Shown: positions 12,240 through 25,330, numbered from the whole stretch's first letter. The stretch is 62,888 nt of DNA, filler included, from Octopus bimaculoides (GCF_001194135.2; 7 parts of 7 records of this genome joined end to end with filler, not necessarily neighbours in it), one strand, 5' to 3'. The notes: generated from the sequence alone by a model not told the origin. Numbers and translations: made by a program.

Positions 12240-13730
12240 GTGTGTGTGGGGGTGTTTATATATAAAGAAGCATTGGTTATAGAACAAACATTAAATTTGG
12301 ATCAACGACTTTACATACTATACCGCCGCTCAAACATTTAATCATAAATATGAAAAACACCATGGTATACAAACACATAAAAATAAATAATACATAAAAA
12401 TCACAGAATGTAAAAATGTATATATTCTAATAAAATACAAATAGAACATTTTAACAAAAGTTAAAAATAATGACTAAATATTCAAAACTATCAATGGACA
12501 AATATAAAATAAATGAAGATAAAAATAAAATAAAGTAAGTGTTCACTGACTAAAAAGATTTTATCAGACGATTAAAATATTTTTAAAAAATTATTAAAAA
12601 AAAGTTAAAAAAAAACTTTTGAAAAAGTTTTACTTCCCTCACACAGGTACATCCAAAATTCATAAGCAGACTTCCACAGGTCAAATTCACGTACATCTTG
12701 AAAAAAGTCCCTTACTCCACTCACACAAGTACATTCAAAGTTCATAATAAACAAATATCACTGGTCAAATTCAACATTCACATATATCTATGGCCATTTT
12801 GGTAGGTCACCACCGCAGTTCATTTACACTAAAGTGCATCACGGCGATGACCCCCTCATCAGGATAAACATGAAACATGCACAGATCAAAACTTTTTTAT
12901 GAAAAGCTTATATAATTCAAGAAGAACCCATCAGCGGACCAGTCCAAATTTTCTGTAGAAAAGAAAAAAAAATATTGCTAAACACTCAAGTGGCTGTAGT
13001 TAACAAACCTAATCTCACCGGTTTCAAATCCCTGTAACACTAAACAATTTTATTACATTTGTTTTTATTTCTATATACTTTCAAAAATGTGGACGAAAAC
13101 CAATGGTTGCAAAAAGGGATCAGCTCAGTAAATCTATTCTAGGTTTTTGGCCCAAAAGACTTAAGGATTGGAAGGGATTCCTTTACACACAACTTACATT
13201 TATTTATATTTACTCCGAAGTAAGGGGCTCTTGAAATAACAGACCATTCCAGAAAATAATTCTTATTATTTTTCTCTAGATCATGTAAATAAGATGCGAG
13301 TGTGATAGAGTTACAGTATTTTTCATTTGAGAATGAGCTCATGTGGGCCCTATATCTAGCCTTAAAATTTACTGTACTCCCTATTTTAAACTTATTTCAA
13401 TTATCCTCATCCTTAACAATGCATTTATATATTGCATTAGTAATTAGACAGAACCCGTTGAGGGGACATAATCTAGGGTTTCTACAATTACATGATTTCC
13501 CAGGGTCATGCCTAACCTTATTTCTACCACTAACAGTACTTATCAGGTTTCCCATATTCACTCCTTCACATCTCTCATTACTGGGGTTCGATACACCAGG
13601 TGAGGGCAAAATGTTGGCATCACTAACCTTAGGTGTATCATAACTTGCCTGCCCAGAACTGGGGTTTCCATCAGAAGAACATCTTGGTGTTGTATGTAAA
13701 GTCGTTGACCCGAATTTAATGTTTGTTCTA
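12240..13730 (-). mobile_element. Penelope-like (Naiad-like) 3' remnant
   Basis: SCNCRNPRLCPLNGFCLITNAIYKC...YLHDLEKNNKNYFLEWSVISRAPYFGVNINKCKLCVKE (GIY-YIG region), followed by a terminal repeat with a hammerhead. Confidence 0.75.
12783..12872 (-). ncRNA. Degenerate hammerhead in Penelope 3' repeat
   Basis: UAUC-CUGAUGA, long stem II GGGGGUCAUCGCCG/CGGUGGUGACCUAC, AAAA in place of GAAA, palindromic AUGGCCAU, A, then GAUA. Confidence 0.55.
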
Positions 13731-13836
13731 TAACCAATGCGTCTTTATCTTCATCTCATTTATATTTGAGCACTTCTTTTGCAGTCCTAGAAACCCTTTT
13801 ATTTCTATAATAAGAGACAAATATTATTTCTTGTTT

Positions 13837-13871
<35 letters not shown>

Positions 13872-15448
13872 NNNNNNNNNNNNNNNNNNNNNNNNNNNNN
13901 NNNNNNNNNNNNNNNTTAATTAATTAANNNNNNNNNNNNNNNNNNNNNNNNNNNNNNNNNNNNNNNNNNNNATATATATATATATATATATATATACACA
14001 ACAGGCTTCTTTTCAGTTTCCATCTACCAAATCCACTCAAGGCTTTGGTCAGTCTGAGGCTATAGTGGAAGACACTTGCCCAAGGTGCCACACAGTGGGG
14101 TTGAACCTGGAACCATGTAGTTGGCAAGCAAGCTTTTTACCACCCAGCTATACATGTGCCTAAATACACACACACACGACACACTTTTTTACTTCCTAGC
14201 TACCAAATTTACTTCCAATGCTTTGGTTGACCCAGGGCTTCAGGAGAAGACACTGGACTGCCATGGTTAGGAATCAAGCTCCTTCACCACACAGTTTTCA
14301 GCAACATACCCTTACACATGGCAAGAAACACAGACTTATTTTATCTCTGTATTTCTCTAACTTTTGATTATTGCCTTTTACAATACCCACTTGATATTAT
14401 CCACCAATCCCATCCATGTTAAAACCCATTGTTCACATAAAGTGGATACTTCTGTTCAAAATATTTGTTACTATTAACTGTGGAAAGTAGTTTTATCCCG
14501 TGGCTTTGAAAAAAGCTTCTCTAGGAATACTTTCTATGAAAGACTATTTTTCAGATTTAGAAAACAAAAAATTTTTTAGACATATTTCATCAAATATCTC
14601 TTTAAAGAGCAAGAATCAGATACTTTTAGGGGTGGATATGAAAAACATACCAACAGGAAATACGGAAAAAAGTATTGCAAAAGCAGAAAATATCAATTCT
14701 ACTTTTGGTGGATAATTAACATCATAATAGGAATTGACTATGAAATTTAATTACATAGGCACTAAAATGACTGTGTGATAAGAAGTTTGCTTCTTAACCA
14801 CATGGTTCCAGGTTTAGACCCACTGCATGACACCTTGGACAAGTGTCTTCTAAAGCCTTGGTCTGACCAAAACCTTGTGAGTGGATTTGATTTGGTAGAC
14901 AGAAACTGATAGAAACCCATCACATGTGCATGCGTGTCCAATACTACTTGATACTGGTGTCGGTATGTTTATGTTCCTGTAACTTAGTGGCCCAGCAAAA
15001 GAGAAAATAGAATGAGTACAAGGCTTTAAAAAACAAAGTATTGGAGTTGATTCATTTGACTAAAAATTCTTCAAGATGATGCCCCAGTATGGCCACAATC
15101 TAATGACTGAAACAAGAAGGTCAAAAGGATAATGGATATACATGTAATATTAGGTCAGAGCAAGGCAGTGAACCAGCAGAATTGGTAGCACGCATTTTGT
15201 CAGTCTTTGTGTTCTGAGTTCAAATTCTGCTAGGGCTGACTTTGCCTTTCATCTTTTCGGGGTTGATAAAATAAGTACCAGTTGAGCACCACGGTTGATG
15301 TAATCAACTTAACCCTGTCCTCCCAAACTGCTGGCCTTGTGCCAAAATTTGAAACCAATATTAGGTCAGAGTAGTTGGAAGTACTAGTTTGATGTAAGTG
15401 ACTACTTACCATAGCATCACCCTACTATGAGTGAATATTTGATACATC

Positions 15449-15800
15449 ACAGGGCTGGATTAAGACCCACAGAAGCCCTAAGCACTTGAAAGATTTTGGT
15501 GCCCCCAAAAGTACGTAGTTCAAGATATAAACAATAATTAAATTTTTATTTTTCAAAGTAAGAGGGAAAATATGTCTATGTTTGTATACTTCCGCTTTAT
15601 TTATATTTGAAAAGTTTTCTCCTACTTTTTTTTTTAATTGCAAAGTCTTTGATCAGATCCTCACCATGAAACCATGAACACTTTGGAATTATATTTCCGA
15701 TCATATAGACCACTTTGAATGTTAATTTAGCAAGTTTAAAGTGATTTCTTTTGTGCCATAGACCTTTTACCATTGCTGTGCCCCACCCACACTTCCCTTG
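15449..15800 (-). mobile_element. hAT transposon 3' remnant
   Basis: EDLIKDFAIKKKSRR (hAT dimerisation C-terminus) and a CAGGGCTGGATTAAG terminal sequence. Confidence 0.6.
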
Positions 15801-16403
15801 ATGACCTAAGCACACTTTGGCAAACTCAGGTAAATATTCTTTGTGAGTTGTACATACCTACAATGTAGGCACATGGCGCAATGGTTAAGGTGTTTGGTTC
15901 ATGATCATAATGTCATCAGTTCAATTCCTGGACAAGGCAGCACATTGTGTCCTTAAGCACAGCACTTCATTTTTCCTTGAAAATGTGTACCAGCTGATCA
16001 GGTAACACCCCCTCCCCCTCTCTCTCTTTTCCCAGCTATCATTATTCACTGTGTTAAAGGCAGGAGAGTCCAGAGGATGTCTATGTCTGCAGGTGGTTAC
16101 ATAGGCACCTAAAACAATTAGCAAAAGCATGGTACATGTTATAAATTATAGTCGTTAACAGATGATGGCTGGCTCTGATATACCCATGTATCTCCTTTGT
16201 CCTCAGTACTCGTATAAAACTTTCCCTAGCCCACCAAGTGGCGGTACTACCCAATTTAAGCAACACTGCATTTAACCCTCGAGATTTTGACACTTTACGG
16301 CTATCATAGACGTAGATGTAGAATCAAAGAAGAACTAATTCATACTAAGAAACTTTTGAAGATAAAGAATTAAAGCGTAACAAGTGCCAGATCACACATT
16401 TAC

Positions 16404-16491
16404 CTGTTTAAAGATGTTGAACACAATAGCTACAACAGCCCTTAATCGAGTGAATACAGTTGTCATGCATGAACAAACCTCCAGTAAAAAC
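16404..16491 (-). other. Candidate 88-nt exon of unknown gene
   Basis: Acceptor tctttctgtag| and donor AAACAG|gtaaat are both good. One frame is open and contains MTTVFTRLRAVVAIVFNIFKQ. No homology recognised. Confidence 0.3.
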
Positions 16492-17596
16492 CTACAGAAA
16501 GACCGCAAAGGGAGGAGGTGATCCACACCAAAGAATGGATAGGGAGGAAAATGGTAGATAACATGAGGTTAGCTGACAACCGAGAAAGAAGAATGTTGGT
16601 TATGTTACTGGCAGTGCACCCACGATCTACCGCAGCCCAAGGTATGGATGTTGATTAATAAAACTGAAATCCTTAAATAACAATATCACAAATTAAATAG
16701 TTATTTTTTAAATTAATTTTTGAAGTTTAAATGATCAACACAGCTAGTAGATAATTCTACCAAATGCATCGTATATCAAGGCATTCCCCACCCACGTTAA
16801 CACGTTTTGTTGACTTTGTTTACCTGATACGAATGAAGTTGCTGAGTCAAACGAAATTAAACCCAAGAAAAAAGTTGATCAAATATCATAGGAGTTAAAG
16901 TAATATTTCTTATGTGCAAATTAGCTTCACTGACACTTTAACGAAAATATACACGCACCACATAAATGTTACTGTTTTGTACCGTATATGCTGACAGATA
17001 AAAACAAAGCATATTATTAACCACCCCCACCCTCGCTTAATATAAACAAGCTAACGAATGTGCAAACGATATCTCAACATCGATTCCTCTTTCCTCGCAT
17101 CCAATTCCGTCTCGAAAAGACATGATAATGAATCGATATATGATGGATATAAAAGTGATATGAAGTAGCTAGGCCAGTAGAGCACCGGATCAAATACATT
17201 AGTGCTCTTATTTTTGTCCTTTTATAAAAAAAACTGCCGCACGCCCGAACTAGGGATTCGAAAAAACAAACACAGGGAAAATAGTGGAGTCGTTGTGTGT
17301 CGACTAAATTCTTCCCTTACAAATATTGGCCTAGCGATTGATTGATTGATTGGTATACAATGGCGAGTGCATGACAGGAGAATCTGCTAGACAAGCCAAG
17401 TCAAACCAACTCTTGCAGCCAGGTTTCGATTCCTAGTTGCAATAACTTAAAACTTATTTTCGATGCTTTTATCCTTAGAAAAGCCGAAGTCATAACGCAC
17501 TCTTTCTCCTAAATCAGCAACTCGGGAAATGTAACGATGAACATCCGGGAATATGCAACTCACAGCTTTGTTTCGATTCCACATTGGACTCCCACC

Positions 17597-18240
17597 ACCA
17601 CCGACTTTGGTTCTTTATTATTAAAAAAAGGATATTTTTGAAATGAAATTTTTAACAAATATGTTTCAGATGGTGCAGATTCCGATTATATCAGAATTTA
17701 TTGTGAAAAAAATTTTTTTCGTGTGTGAAGAGAGGGGTTTCGGAAAATTCACACGAGTCAGTTTTGTTTACCCAAAACTTTCAAAAAAATTAGTATTTTC
17801 AATGAAATTTTCAACAACTATCTTTCATGAAAAACGAAACTGATGGACCCGTACAAATGCATACTAACACAATCGTATGTATCTACAAAATGAAACTTGA
17901 AATTTCGAAAAGAATTGTAATTGTGACAGTATGTATGTGTGCTCACCATTTTTTTTTTTTTTAATATTAAATTCCGATACAATCATAATCTACAAATTCT
18001 GAAAGGTATTTGTAGAAAATTTCATAAAATGTATCCATTTTTCTGAAAGTTATAGGGAAACAAAGCCGACTCGTATGAATTTTCGGAAACTCCTCTCCCA
18101 ACCCGCTAAAAAATTTTTTGCACAACAAATTCCGATATAATCGGAACTTACACCATCTGAAGCGTATTTGTAGAAAATTTCATTTAAAAATACTCATTTT
18201 TTTAAAAGAAGTTATGAGGAAACAAAGTCGGGGGTGACAC
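17597..18240. mobile_element. Fold-back element with ~235-bp inverted arms and internal sub-repeats
   Basis: 17597-17830 pairs with 18010-18240; the motif aatgaaattttctacaaatac recurs within the arms. A related end is at ~21445-21520. Confidence 0.75.
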
Positions 18241-18443
18241 ACTTGTGTAGGTATGCCCCAGATGGTATCATACTGCAACAACCATTCCACTTTGGCTCAC
18301 TCATGCATTCTGAGAAAAGGCTTGGACATCATTTAATCATCTCATGCCAGTTATTCTCCTAAACAAATCAGAGGTTTTTGCGTGTCTCAGTCAGGAATCG
18401 ATTTACATAGATCGTCTTGCAGATGCGAATAAACAACACTTAC

Positions 18444-18621
18444 CAGTCCATCCAGTTCCCATTTGACTAGCAATTTCCTTCAGAGCCATAGCTCTCACTG
18501 ACCGCAAATTATAATTTTCATGACGGGGATTCCATAAAAATTCGTGTTCCCGATACAGTTTAATAAAATATTCAATTTGACGCGGAGTCATTTCTAAGTC
18601 TACTCTCTCTTTTGCGGCCAT
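18444..18621 (-). CDS. First coding exon of a MADF (Myb/SANT-like, Adf-1 type) domain protein
   Basis: MAAKERVDLEMTPRQIEYFIKLYREHEFLWNPRHENYNLRSVRAMALKEIASQMGTGWT(G) fits the MADF N-terminal pattern (FI.LY.....LWN.....Y......AW..IA). It ends exactly at a strong G|GTAAGT donor (phase 1), with no stops or frameshifts. The downstream exon was not identified. Confidence 0.75.
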
Positions 18622-19929
18622 TATTTCCCCGCCCGCTGCAGCAAATACTAAGTATATTTCTTATTAGTTAATAAATTAAATTTTTATGAAATAATTTTGT
18701 AAAAAAAAATTCCACAAATATAATTATCGAAATTATAATACGTTAATTGTTTTATTAAACAAAATCCACAATACATTTATTTCTTCATCTGTCTCCTTCA
18801 AGATAACTGTCGTTAAACACACACACACATACATATATAAACTCGTTGCTCCGTAACTATACACCTGTCTGCTACAGAAAATAAATATGAACCGTCCGTT
18901 TTGGATGACTAATATATACTACAGAAACATTTCTTTAAAACAATAAAAAATATGAGGATAAGTAATCAAGATTTTAAATATACTGTTTTCATCTGCTATT
19001 GTTAGTTTGGTCTCCGGTCAGCCTTATGACAAAAGACACATCCTGCTATGACAATATCATCTGTTATTCAAACATTGTATATAAAAAAACTACATCATTC
19101 AATATGTCTCCTTTCTTCGAGAGATACAGAAGTTCGCTATATGCGAAGAGAGAGAGAGGGGGGGGGAGAAAGAAAGAAAGAGAGCGACTACCGGGAGGTT
19201 CCTTTGTTTTCTCGATTTTCATTTGTGACTGTTATAAGAATACTCGTGGCTGTATGGAAAGAAGTTTGCTTCCTAACCACATGGTTTCGGGTTCAATCCC
19301 ACTGTACAGCATTTTCGGCAAGCGTCTTCTACTATAAGTCTCAGGCTGACAAAAGACTGAAGAGTGGGTTTCATAGATGGAATCTGAAAAGAAGGCCGTC
19401 GNNNNNNNNNNNNNNNNNNNNNNNNNNNNNNNNNNNNNNNNNNNNNNNNNNNNNNNNNNNNNNNNNNNNNNNNNNNNNNNNNNNNNNNNNNNNNNNNNNN
19501 NNNNNNNNNNNNNNNNNNNNNNNNNNNNNNNNNNNNNNNNNNNNNNNNNNNNCGATTTATTCGACTAATCCCTTCAGGGCAGTGCCCAAGCATGGCTGCA
19601 ATTCAATGCTTGAAACAAGTAAAAGAGAAAAGGCATCGTCTGGAATTCAAAAACAATTATTTCTGCTGTGAAGCTTTACCACTGGAAGAATCCATTTTGT
19701 TTTCGTCAAAGTTCTTAAATTTGTTTGTTATTGTTGTTTTATCCCAAACCATACAGTTAGTCCAAGACTGCAGTCACGAAAACTTCAATCTAACACCCAT
19801 TTTTTTTTTCTTTTTGAAACTTGCATGACACCCTGGGCAAGTGTCTTCTACTATAGCCTCGGGCTGACCAAATTTGTGACTGGATTTGATAGACAGAAAC
19901 TGAAAGAAGCCCGTTATATATATATATAT

Positions 19930-20560
19930 ATTATCCGAATTTTATAATATTAAGTATCAATCATGGCTGGTCTTACCAATCGGTTTCGCGCAAAAAATAC
20001 AATGGAGTGTCAGAGATAGCCGATATGGGGTGTAGGTATATATAGTTGTGTTCGTTAGTCTGTCTTTGCAGACACTCCGCAAATAACTATCCTCACCACC
20101 AACACATATCCTCTCACACAAAATGTACCCCCACATATACACAGACCCCCCACACACACAACACACCGCACGCTAATATAAAGGAAAAAACTACTTTATC
20201 ACTTACAGAAAGACAATCCCTTGGATTTTTTTTTTACAAAATTATTTCATCAAAATTTAATTTATTAACTAATAAGAAATATTTTTTGTTTCACCACTTT
20301 TTTCGCAGCAGCCGCTGACCGGTTGTGCTAATCCACCTTCGAAATAGAGAGCAGTTGTCATATTCCCTCCCATATCGACGATCTCTGATGAGGGTAGAGT
20401 TATGATTGGATTGTTACCTAACACTCCATTGTATTCTTTACGCGAAACTGATTGGTAAGACCAGCTGTGATGGATACTTAATACTATAAAATACCCACTC
20501 TATTGACAGATATACGAGTGCATCTTCTCCGACTTATGGTCTCTTAGACGACTCAAGCAC
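19930..20560. mobile_element. Inverted pseudo-LTR-type repeat pair with hammerhead
   Basis: 19930-20035 is a partially deleted reverse complement of 20360-20500. Both contain GCGAAAC(C/T)GATTGGTAAGACCAGC. Confidence 0.55.
20380..20462 (+). ncRNA. Type I hammerhead ribozyme, core intact
   Basis: GAUCU-CUGAUGA (20385-20391), long stem II (GGGUAGAG/CUUUACGC, one mismatch), GAAA (20444-20447), stem III ACU-GAUU-GGU, GUA triplet (H17 = A20457), stem I partner AGACC. Confidence 0.75.
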
Positions 20561-20857
20561 CTATTATATTATAGCTGTATATTATATATATAATTGTATA
20601 ATATAAAGAAAATTGAGAGTTTGAATACTGCAAATCAATTTATTTATATAACTGTCGATTACGTAATGCCTATGATCGTTTCAATATCCACCTTAATTTA
20701 TTATACAATTAATAATTGCATTATAAGTTCCGAAGGCAGAAATCTCTCCAGGGCCAAAATTGACATATTTATCTTTACATCCTAATAGACTGAGATACCA
20801 GCATGCATTTTTTTGTGTGAATGTATGTTAGCATATTTGCCTTTAAGCTTAATTGCC

Positions 20858-20893
<36 letters not shown>

Positions 20894-21939
20894 AGTTAGT
20901 CGTCTTTGGAGTTCTGTTCTAAAAATAGCCAAAATTTAAAGTTTGACGAAAGCAGGACAGTGGCTAGTTACTCTCTTGGAGAATTTAGGTCAAATACTAG
21001 CATGCCCCAAAGTAATCAATATTGGTTTTTAGAGTCTGGATGCTATATATCTATGTGTGTGTGTGTTCCTTTGTCACCCACCACCACTGTTTGACAACTG
21101 GCGTTTAAATAACTCTGACAATTCTTTGTTTTCCTCAAAAACTTTACGTAGATTGAAGCAATGACAAAAAGGGTGTTCAGTATACCTGAAATGTGAAGGA
21201 AAAGATGATGGACAATGAAACGAATAATGTATGGCGAATTGAATATAATGTAATAAATGATAATATATGTGTGTTTAATCGTCTAATGTTGATGTGTTCA
21301 CGGCCCCGTGACTTGTGCTATGGCAAAAGATACCGGTAGAATAATTACCGGGCTTAACAGGAAAAAACAAAATAAGTGCTGGGGTCAATTCATTCCACTA
21401 AAAATTCCCGGCAAAGTCGCAGTCTGAAACAAGAATAAGATGAAAAGATAATTTTCAAAAAGTTATAAGGAAACCAATTTGTGGGGCGGGGTGGGGGAAC
21501 AACACACTCTTGTAGGTACGTGGACGGAATTATAACAGAAGTTCTAATTTAGCAAACCCAAGGGTCAGACAGTCTAACCGTAACCATCCAGTAAACTGTT
21601 CAAAGTTATGTTATCCAAATAACTCCTTTCACGCTAGGGTGTTGGAGAGAAAGATATGCCGGCAACTTCTTGCAGATCAGCGATCTCATAGAGGAAGCGC
21701 TCTCGTTGACTATTGTTTTATTCTTTGACTTGTTTTATTCATTAGACTATAGCCCTGCTGGAGCACCATATTGAAGGACTTTTTAGACTATCAACTCATC
21801 TTCAGTCTAATAGCTTTCTATCGGACTCTTTTTTTTTTTTTTGCTCAACTTCTAACTTAAACTTAAACTGGTTGTTATGTGGTGTGACACACACACACGG
21901 ATCGCAGAACTTTCTGAATGGCACGCCTAATAAAAAATT

Positions 21940-21978
<39 letters not shown>

Positions 21979-22089
21979 NNNNNNNNNNCAAAAAGTCTAA
22001 AGTAGACTCCTTAAGGATCGTTCTCCTTGGTTATATATCCAAAATTTTAAATTTAAAAGAGAGTTTTGACGCTGATATGAATTATTATT

Positions 22090-22460
22090 GAAATGTATTC
22101 CTATGTCAACATTTCTGTATAAGGCTATATTTAACTGTCAAATTCAAGTCAAACATATATATTGCCTTACACATCTTCAGGGAAAAAAGGTTAAGAACAA
22201 AAGGTAAACAACAAAACATCGTCTCTAAGTCCAGTTCATATTCAAATTTCTCTTTAAATAACTCGTTAAATAAATTCTTCCTTAAATAAAGGTCCGTTAA
22301 AATTTTGTATATATATATGTATATATATACACAATAAATTGGAAATGTAAAAATAAAAACAAAACACAAAGGATTCTGCGGTACACGTGTTTCAAGCTTT
22401 ATAGTTGTTGCATCATTATTGGTATATAATTGATAGTATAAAGCTATCTTCAGCCGCAAA
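22090..22460 (-). mobile_element. Probable Penelope 3' end
   Basis: Weak coding remnant KILTDLYLRKNLFNELFKEKFEYELDL directly 5' of an intact hammerhead. Confidence 0.4.
22098..22184 (-). ncRNA. Type I hammerhead ribozyme, core intact
   Basis: Minus strand: UUCC-CUGAAGA, 10-bp stem II UGUGUAAGGC/GCCUUAUACA, GAAA, near-palindromic stem III AUGU-UG-ACAU, AUA triplet, stem I partner GGAA. Confidence 0.75.
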
Positions 22461-24397
22461 TGTATTCTTTCCCAAGAATTATATCACATAGAAGAAGTTA
22501 AAGGAGGAAGAAATATGAGAGATAAAAGGTGAGATTCGGCTGTAGAAATGACGTCACTGGTGCTAAGTTGTGTCGGCCTTTGCCTTTCCGTGGAGAGGAA
22601 AGGCTGGTATGCATGGGTAACTGCTGGCCTTTCATAAACAACCTTACCCAGACTTGTGCTTCGGAGGGGAACTTTCTAGGTGCAATCCCATGGTCATTCA
22701 TGACTGAAGGGGGGTTCTTTTATGTATAATGGACTCTCCAATCGAAGACGACGCATGAGCTTTCAGCTTTTGCCGAACGACTTGTACAAACGATTTGTCT
22801 ATAGTGATCAAGTGTTTGTGCTGTACATTACCTCACTCCCTCCATCAAATCGTCATTGCCTGAACAGGTGCACGAGTGTACCACACGCCAGGTATCAAAG
22901 TGATCGCAGAACAACGTGAGATGAAGCGTTTTGCTCAAGAATACAATGCACCACCCGGTCTAGGAATTGAAGCCACCACTTGCAATCACGAGTTTAACAC
23001 CTTAACCACTAGGCCATACACCCTCACCCTCACACACACAAACACGATGAGCTTCTATTAGTTTCCATCTACCAAATCCATTTACAAAGTATCACGCAGT
23101 GTGACTGAACCTGGAACCATTTGGTCGGGAAGCAAACTTTTTACCACACGACCACGCCTTGCGCCTATACAAATAATTTAAATTGCATCCAGTTTGGAAA
23201 GCCTACTATAGCCCACTTGGATGGTAGACTTAGTTCGTCGCCCTGTTTAACGTCACAATCTGGTTATTTTTTCTTTAGCGGATTCGCCTCTTCCCATTTC
23301 TGAACATCAGTCTTAGAGGTCCTGTAGAGGTACTCGTAATTATAAGTGTTACATAATACGAACAACGAGTAAAACGTGGGGGAAAATGTTAGACTTATTT
23401 TAAATAGAGCTTCGCCCTAGATGGGCACACCAAGTAATACAAGACGCTGAATCTGACAAAGATGGAGCCTGTAATTGTATGCATTTCATTGATTATCTGT
23501 TGATCTGTATTTCATTGGGTTTCACAATAAAACAAGAAGCAGTAAGGCGTCCATGAGACATGCTAAACGAATTGAAATAAAGTTGAAACTATTACAATTC
23601 AATTTTACAAACGTCATATAGGAAATTACCAATTTCAGATTCAAAAATTTTAAGGATGGGCTAATCGATTACATCGACTGCGGAGTTCAACTGATACCCG
23701 AAAAGATGAAAGGCGAGGTTGTCTCTGGCGGAATTTGAACTCTGAATGTAAAGAGCTGGAAGAAACGACACTAAGCCTTTTGACGGCCGTGCTAACGAAT
23801 CAACGCCTTTGAGGAAGGGAGGTAATACCCCTTTCTATTATAGATACAAGACCTGAAATTTTGGGGTGGAGGATAGTCGATTACATTGACGCCAGTGTTC
23901 GAACTGGAGTCATTGTAATCGACCTCGAAAGGGTGAAAAGACAAATCAACATCAGCAACATTTGAACACAGAACGTAAAGCCGAAAGAATTGCCGCTAAG
24001 TATTTTGTCCAACTTGCTAACGATTTTGCCAGCTCGTCGCCCGAGGAGGGGAAGTAATAACGAAAATACGTTGGACGCCATGACGAAAATGATTAATTGA
24101 ATGTCAAGGGAAATAACTCTGTTTTTCATAATTTCCGTCAAATTTTTATACACATAGTATTTAGAAAAATTAATCATTTTTTATTATTTAAAAGATAACC
24201 AGTTAAGCGATAATAAAACAACAAATATATATTTGCTGAGCAATTAAAAATATTTTCAGAAAATATATTTTGTCGATCAATTATATTTATTTGTTTANNN
24301 NNNNNNNNNNNNNNNNNNNNNNNNNNNNNNNNNNNNNNNNNTTAATTAATTAANNNNNNNNNNNNNNNNNNNNNNNNNNNNNNNNNNNNNNNNNNNN

Positions 24398-24440
<43 letters not shown>

Positions 24441-24889
24441 GACTGGATATCATATTTTTAATAGATATGTACGAATGGTTCACTTTTGTTACTCTTTTTT
24501 ACAGAGGTGATGGATATAGCAAAGCATACGGTTCAGATTTGTCAGTCACCCTTACAAGGTGTTTTTTGTTTTATCTTTTAAATGTTTGCTATCACAGTCA
24601 TTGGACTGCGGCCATGCTGGGGCATCATGTTCAGGTGTTTAACTGAACAAAACGACTCCGGCACTTTTTTAAAGACAGATATTTATTCCAAGGTTCCTTT
24701 TTGTCGGACCGCAAAATAACGGTGAGGTAAACCAACACTGGTTGGCAAGCCGTGGTAGGGGACAAGATCGTCACAGACATAAAGATACATGAATATAGAG
24801 ATAGGCATACATAATATACATGCATACGTATATATGTATGTATGTTTGTTGGTAAGCATGTATATATGTATGTATGCATGCGTGTATGC

Positions 24890-25330
24890 ATGTCATTATT
24901 CAATTTTATTTCAAGATTTCTTGCCAATAGAGAAAGAGCCAGTTTCTAACCTAGACCCAAGGCTCCTTCACCGGAATTTCAATATCAACAACGGTCTATT
25001 TTTATGTATGTATGTATGTATGTATGTATGTATGTATGTATGTATTTATATGTACATATATGTATGTTTAGTTTTATGTATGTATTCTCATGCATATAGT
25101 TGCATATCTAGACATGCTAATATATATTTAAATGATAAACTTCTGGTAAGTTTTACAGATTTTTACAGTTCTAGTGATGGATTGGATTTGTAGTTTTCGA
25201 ATCAGTTTTTTCCTTTCTGATTTTAAGAAGCCTAATTTCTCAAGACTGGTACTTAAGCAGTGTGCTACATATCCCAGGCTCCCAGTAATTACAGTTATAA
25301 ACACGAACTTGTAGTCTGGTTAGAGTATGC
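24890..25330 (-). mobile_element. RLE-type LINE 3' end with (ATAC)n-containing UTR
   Basis: FITVITGSLGYVAHCLSTSLEKLGFLKSERKKLIRKLQIQ...TVKICKTYQKFII-stop. Confidence 0.6.
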
